A stretch of DNA of 62,244 nucleotides, the filler included, from Collodictyon triciliatum (lineage: Eukaryota): the NCBI GenBank assembly GCA_043381765.1. It is 5 parts of 5 records of this genome, joined end to end, with 100 filler letters (N's around TTAATTAATTAA, not from the genome) between each part and the next. Parts side by side here need not be neighbours in the genome. Positions count along the whole stretch, not along the records: positions 1 to 16,171 come from JBHJMP010000210.1; positions 16,272 to 24,783 come from JBHJMP010000211.1; 3 more parts are not named here. One strand, given 5' to 3'. The notes beneath the pieces are model-generated. The model was given only the letters and a program-made list of their open reading frames with translations. It made no database searches and was not told the origin of the DNA. Of the stretch, positions 1 through 22,893 are shown one piece after another (the stretch's first letter is position 1; every line of letters starts with the position of its first letter). A program made the translations under genes and the position numbers.

Positions 1-34
1 GAAAAGGAAAAATAAAATAAAATAAAATAAAATA

Positions 35-147
35 AAGATAAAGATAAAGATAAAGATAAAGATAAAGATAAAGATAAAGATAAAGATAAAGATAAAGATA
101 AAGATAAAGATAAAGATAAAGATAAAGATAAAAATAAAGATAAAGAT
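35..147. repeat. (AAGATA)n microsatellite in an intron
   Basis: Hexamer array seen directly. Confidence 0.95.
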
Positions 148-206
148 AGAGAAGGTGGCAAAAAATGAGAGGCGTGAACACTTGAAAATAGTGGGTTCGT
201 ATTAAC

Positions 207-1306
207 TTCATAATATCTTGGACGAATGTTTCCTTGCGAGACTGAGGGACTCGGATTTCTGGCAATTCCCCCTGAAGGATTCTGAAAAAGCGAAGCAACA
301 ACAAAGCAACAAAGGAAAATAGACAAGCAACACATTACAAAAGGATTAATCAATAAATGTATATCAATTTTGAATCGAGGAGTAACGAATAGTAATCCAG
401 ATACAGACAGTTTAAAGGTCGTTTTAAGCAGAGTGGGTCTTGTTGTTGACAGCAAATAGAATGCATTGGAGGCAAAATGTAACTCAGAACGCGGGAATTC
501 ATAAGCGACACCCTAATTGTTTTAATGTACACAAAATGAACTCATTATCTGAGGAAAAAATGATTAGCAATGCAAGGAATATGAGTATGTTGAAAGGGTA
601 CCACATTATAGTATATGAAGGGAATAATCAACAAATATTCTTCATTCACCAATATCAAGTGCAAAATAAACGGCTGCGCTATTTGGCCCATTATCATATC
701 GCATATTTCATTGGAGTTTTTGATAATGCACCCCAGAAAAGAATAGGCCTCCTGGAGAATCTGCTGCTCACGAACATAGGAGACCACCTAGTGATGGGAA
801 AAAATGAGATTATATGGCAACGCAGAGGCATGTACTTAAATATTTGACTTACCCCACACAAATGAAAACAAAAACTAAAACCAAAAGAAAAAAATGCTTA
901 TGAATACAAACTTGACATGAATATTTGAAAATAATTAAACCTGAACGCATGATTGGGTAATTGCGAATGCCAAGTCACGTGATTTGCAAACGACAGCAAA
1001 CACCTGCGATGCAAAGTTTGATTTAAAAATATATCTTAATGAGGAAAGAACAAATTTTCTATAAAGATTATATAAAACATATGAAAAGTATACATTAATA
1101 GCCAGTCTAAGAACTGATGCTGTGTAATCAGGGTATCGATTGATGTCTATTTCAAAATAAGCGCTATCAATTCATATATATTTGCAGATATTCACGTTAT
1201 GAACCAAATGAATCTAGATATATATTCATATGTAAGTGAAGAACCTTCGATTGGTCTTAGTAAGACGGATTGAACGAGCTGATTTGATATTACCTCAATC
1301 TTCAAA

Positions 1307-1385
<79 letters not shown>

Positions 1386-2609
1386 ATATATGAAAGACGA
1401 TGAAGTGTGAATTGGAACCAAAATATGGGATGTTTTCAACATCGCTTTTTTTTTTGTCCGTTTCGAGAGTTCAAAGTTAGGGTCATGGCAAATATAATCT
1501 TTTCTTGTTAATTGTTTCTATGAAAAAAATAGAGAAAAGGATTAAACTACCATCAAGTGCGCTGCCTCATAATGAATCAAGTTCGAGAGCCCATGATTGA
1601 TTGCGTCAATAACAACCGCTTTTGGGCATGTTTCACGCATGTTCATCAATTCAGATAAGTAAGCTGGCATGTCATTCGCACACAAAGTTCCAGATACTTG
1701 AAACAGAGACCCAATCAGTTCTAATAACCCCTGCAAATAATTTTTGCATATTTGAATGCATAGACGCTAATATTCGATGCTCATGCAACACAGCTGTCAT
1801 ACCTCTACAAGGTCATCTTGAGTTGCCAGAGTCTTCAGAGCGCCAATGAGACTCTTCCACGAGCCCTGTATTTTTATATTATAATGAAAGGGCAAACAAT
1901 CAATTTCACTAATCAATCTTATAAATATCGCCACCGAGGTAGATACAAATTGATATGATGAGTCGAATTACCGCGAGTATTTTGGAATAAATTGGAATCC
2001 CAGTGGTGCGATTTTCATAGTTAGGATGAACACCGCAACAGGCTTTCATGGCACTTAGAAGCGGCCCCAGATTCTCAAGGTCGTTCTGCATGTGAGAGTA
2101 AACAAATCGATACGAATTTAAAAAGGAAACGCTCATAGAAACAACCATAAAGCATAATATAACATAACATAACATAACATAACATAACAATAATAATAAT
2201 AATAATAAACAAGAAAAAACCAAACCTTTTCCAGTTTTTCGAAGAAAGGGCGATAGAACTGAGACCATAGATGTAATATTGGCTGGCTCATGTCCCCACG
2301 ATAAAGGCATGTGTGTCGCAATAGCACATGCACAACTGCTTCACAGAGAATTATTGACGCCTTTGGCTACGATGATTAATAATTAATTCTTGTTTCCTGG
2401 GTATTGAGAAAGGTGCAAGAATACATATTTCAAACAGAGCATCACTATAAACACTCAGTACTTTTACACACATATGTGATATATGAATACTAAAGCAAGT
2501 AACGATGAGTTTTCTTATACAAGTTGAAGGAGAAGATGTGACTAAAAGCATTTAGTTGATCATTTTCATCATCTTTAATAACGATAACAATAACAACAAC
2601 AACAACAAC

Positions 2610-2702
<93 letters not shown>

Positions 2703-5700
2703 TTTATTACCTGCAATAATGCTATATTGATGTTTAGAATACTATTAAGTATGTTTGTCCATATTTCCTGCATTTCTCTGCTGTCTGGCGAGTCAGCCAC
2801 CAGAGGCATAGTCTCGTTTAAATGGTTTGCCATCACACCCCCACCAAGTTGGTTTGAAAATTTGTGGAGTGCTGCACTTGCAGCCTTGGATATTGACTTT
2901 TGACTGCTGCACAATGCGATGTAAATAAAATTCAAAGAGCTCTTCAAGACAGATAAGTCATGCCCCAATAGCTTTGTTGAAGAACCTATTTTAAAAAAAT
3001 ATATCAGAAGTAATAATAGAGCCGTTACAAACAATTTACCATCAAGTCGTTGAGGTGTCACTATTGTCACTAAATCTAGTATTTATCATTTTGTTTCAGA
3101 TATGTTAAGTAAATTTTTATGACGTATGATATGGCCAACCTAATATTCTCAGAAAGGGTGAATATAAAGGTGCAGGAATTTCTGATATGAGCAGATTCTG
3201 AATGCATTTTTTCCATATTGCTTCCTCTTCCGCGTCAAACCCAATATTATCAGTTATTACACTCAAGCATGTTAGAGCCGCTTCAGCACCTAATGTAGAA
3301 CAAATCAAGTAATTCATCTCAATTTAGTTGGGTGCGTAATGACGAAGCGTATACTGATATGTATAAGGCTTACGAAGAATATCTCTATTCATTTGAGTGG
3401 TTAGAAACTCAAGCATTCTTTGACGGAGTAATTGATATAGATTCGAGAGACAATTCACAGCACTTTTTCTGAAAATATTGAAGTTCTGGTGCATTTCTAA
3501 TATTAAGGTATTTTAGGTGAAATCGATGGTAATAAAAAAAACTTTTTTTATATATCTTTCCTCCTTATTTGATTCAGTATGAGGCTTCATGTTTATTTAC
3601 CTGCGTCCCAGCTTGATATTGACGGAGGATACAAAATTTTATCAAACACAAACTTTTTGATGGAAAATATAATTTATCAATTTAAAATATTCTGAATAAA
3701 GTATGGCTTATAGCTTTTAGTAATATCTACTGGTCAGCTATTGAAGATATTTAATGAATAAAAAAACAACGTACGTGGGTATATCGTTCCAAAACCGCGC
3801 ACAGCTCTAGCTTAGGTATTTCATCTATTCTGTCCGGCTCATGAACGAGATTATTGGTGAGGTTTTCCCAGATACCGAAAGAAGCTGTTATAACCTAATA
3901 AAAAAATCCATCAGGTGTAGGAATCATTATTTAAGTGTATTCTCTATCTTTCGCTCAGGTATAGGTTATATTCTTATGAATTTTTTTTTAGTAGAATCTT
4001 ACTTCATAGTTTTGATGGCTTGATATTTGGCAAATACCATGAAATAACTTATATACTAACATTAAATTACTATTATTAGATGATTGCAATTCCTAATGAT
4101 TAAAGTAATTCGATTTAATTTGGGCATATTTTTGATCAAAATAAATACCGTGTAAGCGGAGAGGAGATTCTGATTGACAATTGTCCATTATATAGAATGT
4201 TCTGGAATACATGTAGTTTTGAAGCATGTTTATGTAGGAAAGTACAGGAGTTTCAGATTGGTCTATGATATGTGTTAAACAATGAATTTGTTTGTATTTG
4301 CTATGAAAAAAAGTCTTCCTTAACAATTATACCAATAATGATTGCAGGAAACCAAAATCTGATATTCATGGTATTATTACAATTTACCTGATAGAAGTAC
4401 ATCCACTTGAGATACAGAATCTGAGAGATGTATCAGGAAAAACTTTTCTATCTCTCCGTTGCTACTGACACTGAAGGATGAAATGATCGAATCGAACAAT
4501 TCGCATATGGGAACGAACAATAAATTTCTGTTTGGGTGATTCAGCTCGTGCTGCGATATGACCTTGATACATGATTCAAGTAAAGGTGAACCTAGCAAAC
4601 TGCGAAATAACGCAGAGGATAAGGACTTAAATATGTATTGAAAAGGCTTCAATAATCACTATAATAACCATAATCATTGTGAATAAATTTCGAGAAAGCC
4701 AGAGATTCATCACACAATTTGAGTCAGAAACATACTGATTTACAATGCCAAATGGAACCCAGTTTGTTAGTATTTTGATGCTTTTTGAGTGAACCTGGAC
4801 ATTATTGGACGAAAGGGCACTTTGGCAAACCTGGATTATTTTCTGACCAACACTTCGAAACGCATGAGACAATGCAGTTCTGTATATTTAGCAAAGAGGG
4901 GATGAGGAAAAAACATATAAAAATACAAACATATAGGCCGTACTCTTTTTTTTTTTTTTTTGGATATCACATAATCATAAAGTCAGGTTGGAATGTATTT
5001 ACTTTGGTCCATTGGAGAGCGGATAGGAATTCCATTCCTCTGGAAGTATGACAAGAAGATCAAGGAAAGTTGACCGTGTAGCATCATCATCCAATTGTGC
5101 TGAAATGTAATTGAGGGAGTTTTCTAACTCGCTCGCGTCAGACAGAAGGATAATGTCTGAAACAACAACACAAAGCCGAGTTATCGTTATTTGAAATGTT
5201 TGCAAAGACGAATGGGGTGCCTGGTCTCTGGTCATCATCTCTTTTCGAAAAGAAAGCTGCATTAGCCGGCCAATGGTAATTTGGAAAACTCTGATTTTAT
5301 CTTCAGGATTCATAGTATTCCTGTTCATTTATTAGTATATATTAGTCGGGGTGAAGTATTAAAATCACATATATATGTGAACAGTGCTTTAAATACATAA
5401 TATATGGTTCAATAGATCCTTAAATAAACATGCTTGAACAAAAATGGTTAGGGTATCTGCCAAAGCACAAGATAAATAATGAATGAAAAAAATTACCATT
5501 CTTGAGTCACTTTAACGTGCAATGTGTTTGCCCCAAAGTGCTGAATCTCTACATTCTTTGTTTGTGATAAGAGTAACATTAACAAATAAGAAATTATTAT
5601 GGAAATATAGTAATGAGGAAAATAAATGTGAATATGAGTAAATAATCTTTTCTACTCTTTCATTCCGTTTTTCACGATAAGGTTATAAAGGAAAGAAATG

Positions 5701-6067
5701 ATTGATGATAGCTGACTTATCACACTTCATTCATTGAGCATTTTCTAAAATATTTTGGACTCGACGCGTCCGGAATAATATCAAATATAAAAACAACGAA
5801 TTGCTATAATTTGATAAGAAAATCATACACCATCATCTAACAAAATAGTCGAAATAAGCCACGCATCAGATGTTCTCTGCCAATTCATGAGCTTCATGTC
5901 CGCATCCCTTCGAGAGCCACCATCAGTAGCATGATAGAGATTATGTATTGCCTGTCGTTGGTATTTTGACGCGTTTAGTTTTGTCTCAATTATTAAGGTG
6001 TATGCATAAAGATTTGTAAAGAATAAGTAACACCTTAAGTAAGAAAATAGAACGAGAGAGAGAGAAA

Positions 6068-6163
<96 letters not shown>

Positions 6164-6332
6164 AGAAATAAAAAGAAATAAAAAGAAATAAATAAATAAA
6201 AGAAAAAAGAAAGAAAGAAAAGAAAAGAAAGGAAAAAAGAAAGAATAAAGAGGGTTAGAAGAATAGGGAGGATAAGAGGGGAGCCTGGAGTCCCTTAATT
6301 ACCTGTTTGATTTGGGTGATTTGCGAGTCCAT
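207..6332 (-). CDS. Importin-13/transportin-3 (importin-beta family) HEAT-repeat protein; multi-exon, 3' end runs off the window
   Basis: The spliced N-terminus reads MDSQITQIKQ|AIHNLYHATDGGSRRDADMKLMNWQRTSDAWLISTILLDD...EIQHFGANTLHVKVTQEW (IBN_N-like). Later exons give ITRLCVVVSDIIL...FLDLLVILPEEW (Xpo1-like) and ILTNWVPFG. The last visible exon is ELPEIRVPQSRKETFVQDIMK. Confidence 0.8.
1305..1387. repeat. (AAAT)n microsatellite
   Basis: Seen directly; lies in an intron. Confidence 0.95.
2577..2702. repeat. (AAC)n/(AAT)n microsatellite
   Basis: Seen directly; it explains the poly-N and poly-L ORFs here. Confidence 0.95.
6066..6245. repeat. (AAAG)n microsatellite with an A-rich tail
   Basis: Seen directly, in intron 1 of the importin gene. 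Confidence 0.9.
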
Positions 6333-6544
6333 CGGGTTCACCCTGCCGCAATTGAAAGGTTTTGAATAAATAAATAAAATAAAATAAAAAAGGCCAATAT
6401 GTAAACCTGTGTTTTTTTCTTTAGGTTTGTGGTTATTTATAATGAACAAGGATCGGCTAAAAACTCGACTTTCTTGTCCTGCTCTTCCTACACCCCATTT
6501 TTTCGGCCCAGGCACGACTTACAACAAATGACATACCCAAAGAA

Positions 6545-6833
6545 CAAACCAAACCAAACCAAAACAAAACAAAACAAAACAAACCAAACCAAACCAAACC
6601 AAACCAAACCAAACCAAACCAAACCAAAACAAAACAAAACAAAACAAAACAAAACAAACCAAACCAAACAAAAATAAAACAAAAAAATAATAAAAACATA
6701 GAAAACTAGGGGAAAAAAATAAACATAAAAAAACAAAAAAAAAACAATTTCTTATCTTTCCTTTAGGCCTCATCATTTGAAAATTTTTTTGTCAAGTCTG
6801 CGGAATATTTTCTTTTCTATTTGTGTTTCTTTC

Positions 6834-6865
<32 letters not shown>

Positions 6866-6937
6866 TGTATGTATGTATGTATGTATGTATGTATGTATGT
6901 ATGTNNNNNNNNNNNNNNNNNNGTATGTATGTATGTA
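6545..6937. repeat. (AAACC/AAAAC)n and (TATG)n arrays between divergent genes
   Basis: Seen directly at about 6545-6670 and 6836-6937. Confidence 0.9.
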
Positions 6938-7410
6938 TATCTGACGCGAACAAGATACCACCACATTTTGGAGATGAGAACGTTGCGCCCTTTCATTTTG
7001 ATTCCAGATATAAAATTTATTGTCCCCTGTGACATCGCGACATAAACATTCGTGGAATCCAGACAACGGCTTTTCCTTAATCATTGTTTCGATCTGCTTC
7101 CTGTCGTTTACACAACCGTGCACGCATGGCTCAGCAGATAACACAATCACGTTTAGAAGAACCGGTAAAAAAAAAAAAAGGAACCGCAAACCTTCGGGAG
7201 AGAATAGACGGTGAAAAGAATGAATAATAATTGGTCATGGCTGCTTCATCGGCAACCACCTGATGTATTCTTTGATCTCCTGCATAAAGCTTAGCTGTTG
7301 CTTGATCTCTTTTCCTCAAAAGAAAAAAGATAAAAGAATGGATATTTTAGCTGCAACACTTGGTCTGAGCACCTTTATAATTCATTTCCGCTCATATAAT
7401 CGCGAAAGGT

Positions 7411-9929
<2,519 letters not shown>

Positions 9930-10545
9930 TGTCATGGCCTGCAATCTCACAACCCTGCTTCGTGCGTATGAGAGAAAAGAACTATAATACATGAATCAAA
10001 TACATGAAAACCGTCCGCGTTTGTGGGAGATTCGATTCATGTCCAATTATTGAGGGCAGCAGATGCATATATGCGCAATTTTCAACACACACAAAAGCGA
10101 TTCCCGAACCGATCTGGTGGTGAATACGAGGATAACCGGTTTATATTTTGGGTTTGTTTGCTTTATCAAAAAGCTACTCGACTAGAAATTCAAAATAGGA
10201 CGTTTTTTTTTTTATCCTTTGGGATGAAAGGGATGATTTCAGTGAAATGTATCACATTTGATTCCTAAAACCCTAATAATAACGATGGATGAAATGAAAT
10301 GCCATTCGTGATACTCTTCACGATGGATTGCATAAAGATAAGAGTGTAAAATCGAGAGACCAACAAGAATGTGCAACTAAAATTACTGTTTGCATCAGCT
10401 ACAATAAGGTAAGGCCAGGAAAAATATTTGTCGTTGAAAGGAATACTTATAGTGATAATCGCATGCGGTGGCGTAGAAGTAAATTGAAGCACAACAGGAA
10501 ACAACAAAGAAAAAAAACATTAATAATAAAAAAAATAAAAATCAT

Positions 10546-11984
10546 TCAAGATTGTTGCGGGTTGATGGTAGCTGGTGAGAGAAGAAGAGAGCTGTGCGCT
10601 CGCTCTGTCGGCGGAACAGTTGAGGAAGGACGAACAGGCTGGAATCCCGGTGGAACAATAAGATTCGTCTTTTGCGCTGCTGCTTGCTCCTCTTCAGCCT
10701 GAAACCGATAGATTAAAAATAGACAGAATAAAGTGCTATAATAATTATTCAAACATATCTTTTTTTCATATATCTTAACTTGATACTGCACAGTTAAATT
10801 ATGTAATTGTGGCTATATGTGTCGGAAGTATCGCAGATAGTACCCTTGCTTTCCAATACTCGAGATTCGACGAGAGATTCTGCAGAGATTCGAGCCCGGT
10901 GCCCATAGCTGAATTCCACAACTCCGCCAAGGGTAATACTACAAATGATATAAATCCTATCTGGGACTTTGCAACAACCGGGAAATTCCTGTCCATGAAC
11001 GGGCTTATGGGAATAAGCTTCTCTTTTTCTTTGTCACCCTGTATTATTTTGTGCCATGTGAAAAACAATCAAGTGATTTGCAAGCTCTTTGTCTCACCCA
11101 AATATACATTATTTTGTAGCTTACTCAAGTTGCCGAAAAGAGGTGAACATCTTTATATAATCAACCTGGAAGTAGAATTCGTCGGACACCCTGCGAGTCC
11201 ATTCCATAGCAACTTGTGGCGGCTTGGCTGGATTTGATATATCGCACAACTTCATCGCAAGTTTGATGAGTAACATTCTGCTATCCAATGTTTCACCCGT
11301 CAACTCTGTTTGACAAGATAAATCAATAGTGTTGAAGAATTTGTTCGGATGGTGTGAAATATTTTGACATGCCGCATGATAAATTTGTTGATAAAGATTA
11401 AATAAAGGAAATATATAATCAAGGGAATACCTCCAACACTCAGAGCATTCTTTAATGAGCCCATTATATCAGCATGGCGAGACATGTCCGTACACAGGAT
11501 AATATCGATAATTATCTTTCGAATCTTCTTTCGGCTATGTTAAGAGGCAAGAAAAAAATCTATATTAGTCGATTTTAATACAGATGATTCCGATCAGATT
11601 ACAATTTTTAACATGGTGTTAAACCAGTGATAACCTAATGTGCATACTTTTAATATATAGTATCATATTTGTAAAATATATTGGTCTTACATTTCTTTTG
11701 GTGTGTTCTGTAGTATAGAACATTTTTCTGTGGCCATTAACTTGAACCCTTCTGATACGTGATAGTTCTCCAAAACCTTCGGTGTGTCAAAAAAATACAG
11801 GTGGTTAAACTTGTAAGTAAAATCATAGAGCCGCAAAAATATGGCGGTAAAGGTACCTATCTTTCTCTGGATTAGGCCAAACGAGACTCGTAAAAGTGGA
11901 AATGCCAGAAAATGAGAGTATTTAGATTGATTTTTTTACATGGTCAAGAGACAGAAAGAAAGAAAGTGGAAAAATAATAAATAA

Positions 11985-12025
<41 letters not shown>

Positions 12026-12137
12026 GGGGGGGAGGAANNNNNNNNNNNNNNNNNNNNNNNNNNNNNNNNNNNNNNNNNNNNNNNNNNNNNNNNNNNNNNN
12101 NNNNNNNNNNNNNNNNNNNNNNNNNNNNNNNNNNNNN

Positions 12138-12181
<44 letters not shown>

Positions 12182-15100
12182 TATTACTATTATTACTATT
12201 ATTACTATTATTACTATTATTACTATTATTACTATTATTATTAAAGCTTAAATTGTGACTCACTGCATAAGTCCACCTTGAACTAGGAGACTGTGCATGG
12301 ATTGTAAAACGTCTGCTGCATGTAGTGAATTGTGGTAAGGATTATTCAGATAGCCCTCCTCAACAGCCGCCAAGAAATTTTTTAGTGTCTACAAATAAGA
12401 GATGTTAAAATAAATGTATCTTCTTTTTTTTTTTAAGAAAAAAAAATACTCAAAATTAATTTATGACATGGAATACGAAAGAAAAAGAAATTTCGTTCGT
12501 GACATGATGGAAACCTCTTCAGGAATTCCGTAATCCATGAGAAAGTCATATTGGTGGAAAATATGATTTGCAAGCACAAAAAGAGAGCGCCCTGGCACGT
12601 CCCCGTGATAAACCGTGGTTAGAAGAAAAAAATTATAAAACAAATGGAAGCCAGCAGAGATGTTTTGAAAACAAAAATTAAAATAGCATCAAATGAAACG
12701 GACACTGCTAATTAAGAAAACCTTCTGTCACTTGGTGAAATTCGATTATGTCAAAGTTCCACCCATCTATATTTTCCAAGAGTATTGCAACCTTGTCTGT
12801 TCTGTGATGAAATGCCATAAATAGTTTGTAAATAAATACAATATACTAAATATTTGATGGTTACATAAACTATTTCTGGTTGTAATGCATACATCCGCTC
12901 GATGAGACTGTTTTTCGGAAGACTTCCTCTCTTTGCCTCAAATAGAGATGACATCCTTTTCTGAAATTTGGAGTCAGATCGCGAGTTTATCCGCGCTACT
13001 TGTTTGTCTATTTGCTCATTCATAACATCATCTTCAACACTACCTAGAAAGAAAAACGTAAGAAACATTCAAAGGAAGTGGTTTTACGCTCTATTAATTA
13101 TTATTTATTTTACCAATTCGTAATTTATATAAAACATTTATCTTCTTGCAAGGGAAAACATAGGCATGTACCTTAAAAAATTTGGCAAAATGATAAGCAA
13201 AATGAAATATTACTGATTTGAATCACTTCATCCGTTTCACTCTCAGCATCATCTGCTTCATCCATCGTTTTTTGAACTAATTGATCAAGTACCCACTTTT
13301 GGGTCTCTGCGTCGACACCTTTATTTTTTTATTAAGGAAAAAAATTACTTCTCTTAATTCGATTCAAAGGTTTTATTAACAAAAATAAAAAAGAGAAAAT
13401 GAACAAGTGCTTTCACAAAAATCGGATTCAGAATATTGTTCACGAAAATATCCCTACCATCTGCTGGCTTTATGTTAGCATAGGCAACACTTGAGTTGTA
13501 GAGCTTATTGCTTCCAATCATACGAATGATAAGATTCAGGTCAGCTCGTTGAAGTTCAGTAAGGTCTATTAAATAAGATTGTGTTGTTTTAAACTGCAAA
13601 TATGTGATATTCACAACATAGGTACACCTGAATTATTTGCATAAAATATGCATAGATGCACAATAATTATAGGCCATATACGTTTAGAGTCTGATAAGAA
13701 AGATCTCAATATGTGTATGACTTTCTCGGCGGGGGTTCCGATGACCTACGAGAGTAAATACAGTCATACAGAGCATCAATCACGCGGTCTGAAAATTAGA
13801 TCAAAAGAAAAAATTCTTTACAAGAAATGGGTAACTACCTCCTCTGTTTGGGTATTTTTTAACTCACGCAGCTCCGATTGTAGATTTCTATTTTATGGTT
13901 TTTTTTTATTACTACTTATCGAAATATTAAAAAAAAAAAAAAGAAAAGGATTCTAGACGTTGTTGTGGAACAGCTATGCTCTGCGTTGTTTGAAGACAAA
14001 AAGCTAAATATGTTATTACCGATTTTGCATCTTCAAGTAGAAATTGGCCTTTTGTAAATCTGCTTTTTGGAGCGTTGTCTGAGAAACCGATAAAAATATA
14101 ATAATGGTAATTATAAAAATTTAAATGAAGCATATCCAGAATATTTTGCTCGGGTCAAAAGAATATGGAAACATATTATTTATATTCATCACCAAAAGTG
14201 TCGAAATTATGTGGTGCTGTTAAATATTATTAGAGATGAGGTAACAATAAGTGGAATATGAAGAAATTCAAATTGGAAGGAATTTTTATTTAAATATATT
14301 CAAGAGACCTGGTGGTGCATGAAACGCATCAGTGCCCCTGTAAGAAGAAGTAGAAAAGCCAGAGTAAAGAGACAGAAGGCTGCCGTTGCATCATCACTGA
14401 ACTCCAAGTCATTTTTAGGGAGAACATCCTCTTTGATGAGAGCATAGGCCAGTGATAAGAGAGCCATATGAAATGAGGTGAACCATTCGCCTTTCCTATA
14501 TATCGAATTAGCACATCATATTTTGTGTGTAAAAGAATACATTAAGATGTTTTTTCTCTTATTGGTTTCTAAGATATCAGCGAGCACAGGCACATACAAA
14601 TTTCACGGAGCAATAAAACTACAATATATGGTGATGTGAAAGTTACCTTGCGGAGAAGGTCGCAGTGAACAGAACTGCAGGAATCATCCATATGGACAAG
14701 AGAACATTCCCCATTACGATTCCAAAAAAGACAGGTATATCAATCGCCAGCTGTGCTGCAGTAGTAAATAGCATGTAGTTCTGGCTAGAGTACAAAAGGG
14801 CCAGAGATGCCAGCAGCGAAACTGCAGAAATCCCCCACAATACTGATGTGATATTTGATTCAAGAAAGTAAAACAAGACTGCATATATTCCAAAAGCAAG
14901 ACTGAACGCATAAACCGAACAGACAGCAGCTCCAATCACCAACGGTGTCTCATCCAGCAGATTTGCTCTAGTTTTTGCTGTATCGCCTTCTTTTTGTTTT
15001 GTTACGTGATCAGCATTCTGATTTTGACTCGGATTTGCATTCAAACTGTTATTTGAGTCTGCATTCGAAATCTGTCGTAACTCAACTGAGGATGGGCGAA

Positions 15101-15836
15101 TATACTTTGTGCCATGCGCAGCCAGCCCTTCCAGTATCCGAACCGCCCGACTCTGCTCGTAGCCCTGAGAAGTGGTCGTATTTTGCTGTTGTTGCTGCTG
15201 CTGGTGTAGTTGCTGAGAAGATTGGTTAGCCGTGGGCGCATTCGGGTCGTTGATAGTCCCAATCGCCAGCGATTGCGACCGCCGATTATACGAGCCGACG
15301 AACGACTCTACTTCTGTGGCAAAGGAAATGGCTGTGGAGCGACGGCGATTGCGCGAAACAACAGGAACACCGAGCGAAGATGGGCTTTGGGACCAGACGC
15401 TGAGTTTTCGGGAGGCGCTGTGAGGAAGATTTCCATGCGCTCCGTACAGTCCAGAAGCAGAGGACAGGGCCGAAGCGCGGCGCGATTGGAGTCTTGGACG
15501 AGGCCCAAAGTTTGTCCCTGGGCGGCTGGACGAGCCGGGAGTTTGACTGTGGTTGGCGTTTTGGGTTTGCAGAGCGGCAGACTCGATGGCATCGGGGTTG
15601 CTGGTTCCTGGAAGAAAAGCATTTGCCTGCTGCAGAAACTGGCTGATGTGCGGAGTTGCACGGTCGACGTCTGGGGCAAAGGGCTCGATGGGGCAGTTTG
15701 TGTTTGGGGCGTCTGTCGAGGCAGCATGGGTTCCTGTGCTTGGTGCGGGTGCTTTGAAGCCGCGTCCATTGTGCTCTTCCACAACCGACTCGAGTCGTAC
15801 TCGCGAGGTGTTTGCAGGGACAATCAAGGTGGTCAT
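10546..15836 (-). CDS. Class I 3',5'-cyclic nucleotide phosphodiesterase with a disordered N-terminus and about 6 TM helices
   Basis: Catalytic motifs: [12 protein letters not shown] (about 12300-12345), [26 protein letters not shown]...[24 protein letters not shown] and [12 protein letters not shown]. Hydrophobic segments lie at 14309-14495 and about 14650-14940. The HD-motif exon is not visible and probably lies in the gap at 12038-12137. Confidence 0.92.
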
Positions 15837-16215
15837 CGCTGCGCGGTTTATCTATGTGCTCTGCGCTTGGGCAGTGCGATGGGCGTCGGAGAATGGGTGT
15901 GGTGCTTGTGTTTGTGTGGCGGTGAGGACAAAGATGAAAATGTCTGTGAGTGTGGTGTGTTTCTTTATATCTTATTTTGTTATTGGCTATGTATATATTT
16001 GTTTTGGTTTGTTTTGGCAGTGTTTGGTTTGGTTTGGTTTGTTTTGTTTTTGTTTGTGTTTTTGTTTTTTGTTTTGTTTTTTGTTTTGTTTTTGTTTTTG
16101 TTTTTGTTTTTGTTTTTGTTTTTGTTTTTGTTTTTGTTTTTGTTTTTGTTTTTTTTTGTTTTTTTTTGTTTNNNNNNNNNNNNNNNNNNNNNNNNNNNNN
16201 NNNNNNNNNNNNNNN

Positions 16216-16227
16216 TTAATTAATTAA
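16216..16227. other. Artificial scaffold-joining linker
   Basis: TTAATTAATTAA (stops in all six frames) embedded in Ns. Confidence 0.97.
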
Positions 16228-16449
16228 NNNNNNNNNNNNNNNNNNNNNNNNNNNNNNNNNNNNNNNNNNNNAAAAGAAAAAAGAAAAAAAGAAAAAAAGA
16301 AAAAAAGAAAAAAAGAAAAAAAGAAAAAAAGAAAAAAAGAAAAAAAGAAAAAAAGAATAAGAAAAGAAAAGGAAAGAAAAGAAAAGAGAAAAGAAACCCA
16401 ACATACAACGCTTAATTTTAAAAAACTGCGCACAAAATTATGATAGAAA

Positions 16450-22603
<6,154 letters not shown>

Positions 22604-22824
22604 TTATGAATACATATAAAAATGAGAGGAAACAGAGTGTTTATCACTGAAGTTTCTTAAATTTGTCATCCATTTTTCGACATGGTCTTTATAAATTATT
22701 GAAAAAGAACAAGAAAACAAGAAAACAAGAAAAGAAGAAAAAGAAGAAAAAGAAGAAAAAGAAGAAAAAGAAGAAAAAGAAGAAAAAGAAGAAAAAGAAA
22801 GCTATATATAAAGATAAAGTAATG

Positions 22825-22848
22825 TTTCCCCCTTTTATTCGATTCAAA
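22825..22848 (-). mobile_element. Micro-retroposon family-1 copy without a clear TSD
   Basis: The + strand reads TTTCCCCCTTTTATTCGATTCAAA. Confidence 0.6.
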
Positions 22849-22893
22849 GATATATCAGGATATTTATAATGACCATTCTCATTTTTCATCTCA

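Noticed and set aside
6833-7319. Short ORFs between the importin and CFAP96 genes
   Set aside because: No recognisable homology or splice structure; this is more likely the divergent promoter and UTR region.
13351-13370. Partial ATTCGATTCA matches (also near 10030, 40242 and 54766)
   Set aside because: They are too short and lack a tail or TSD, so they cannot be separated from chance matches.
15210-16227. + strand ORFs of 337 aa and 224 aa, and similar ones at 42529-43245
   Set aside because: They are antisense to GC-rich first exons, and the two at 15210-16227 run into repeats and Ns.
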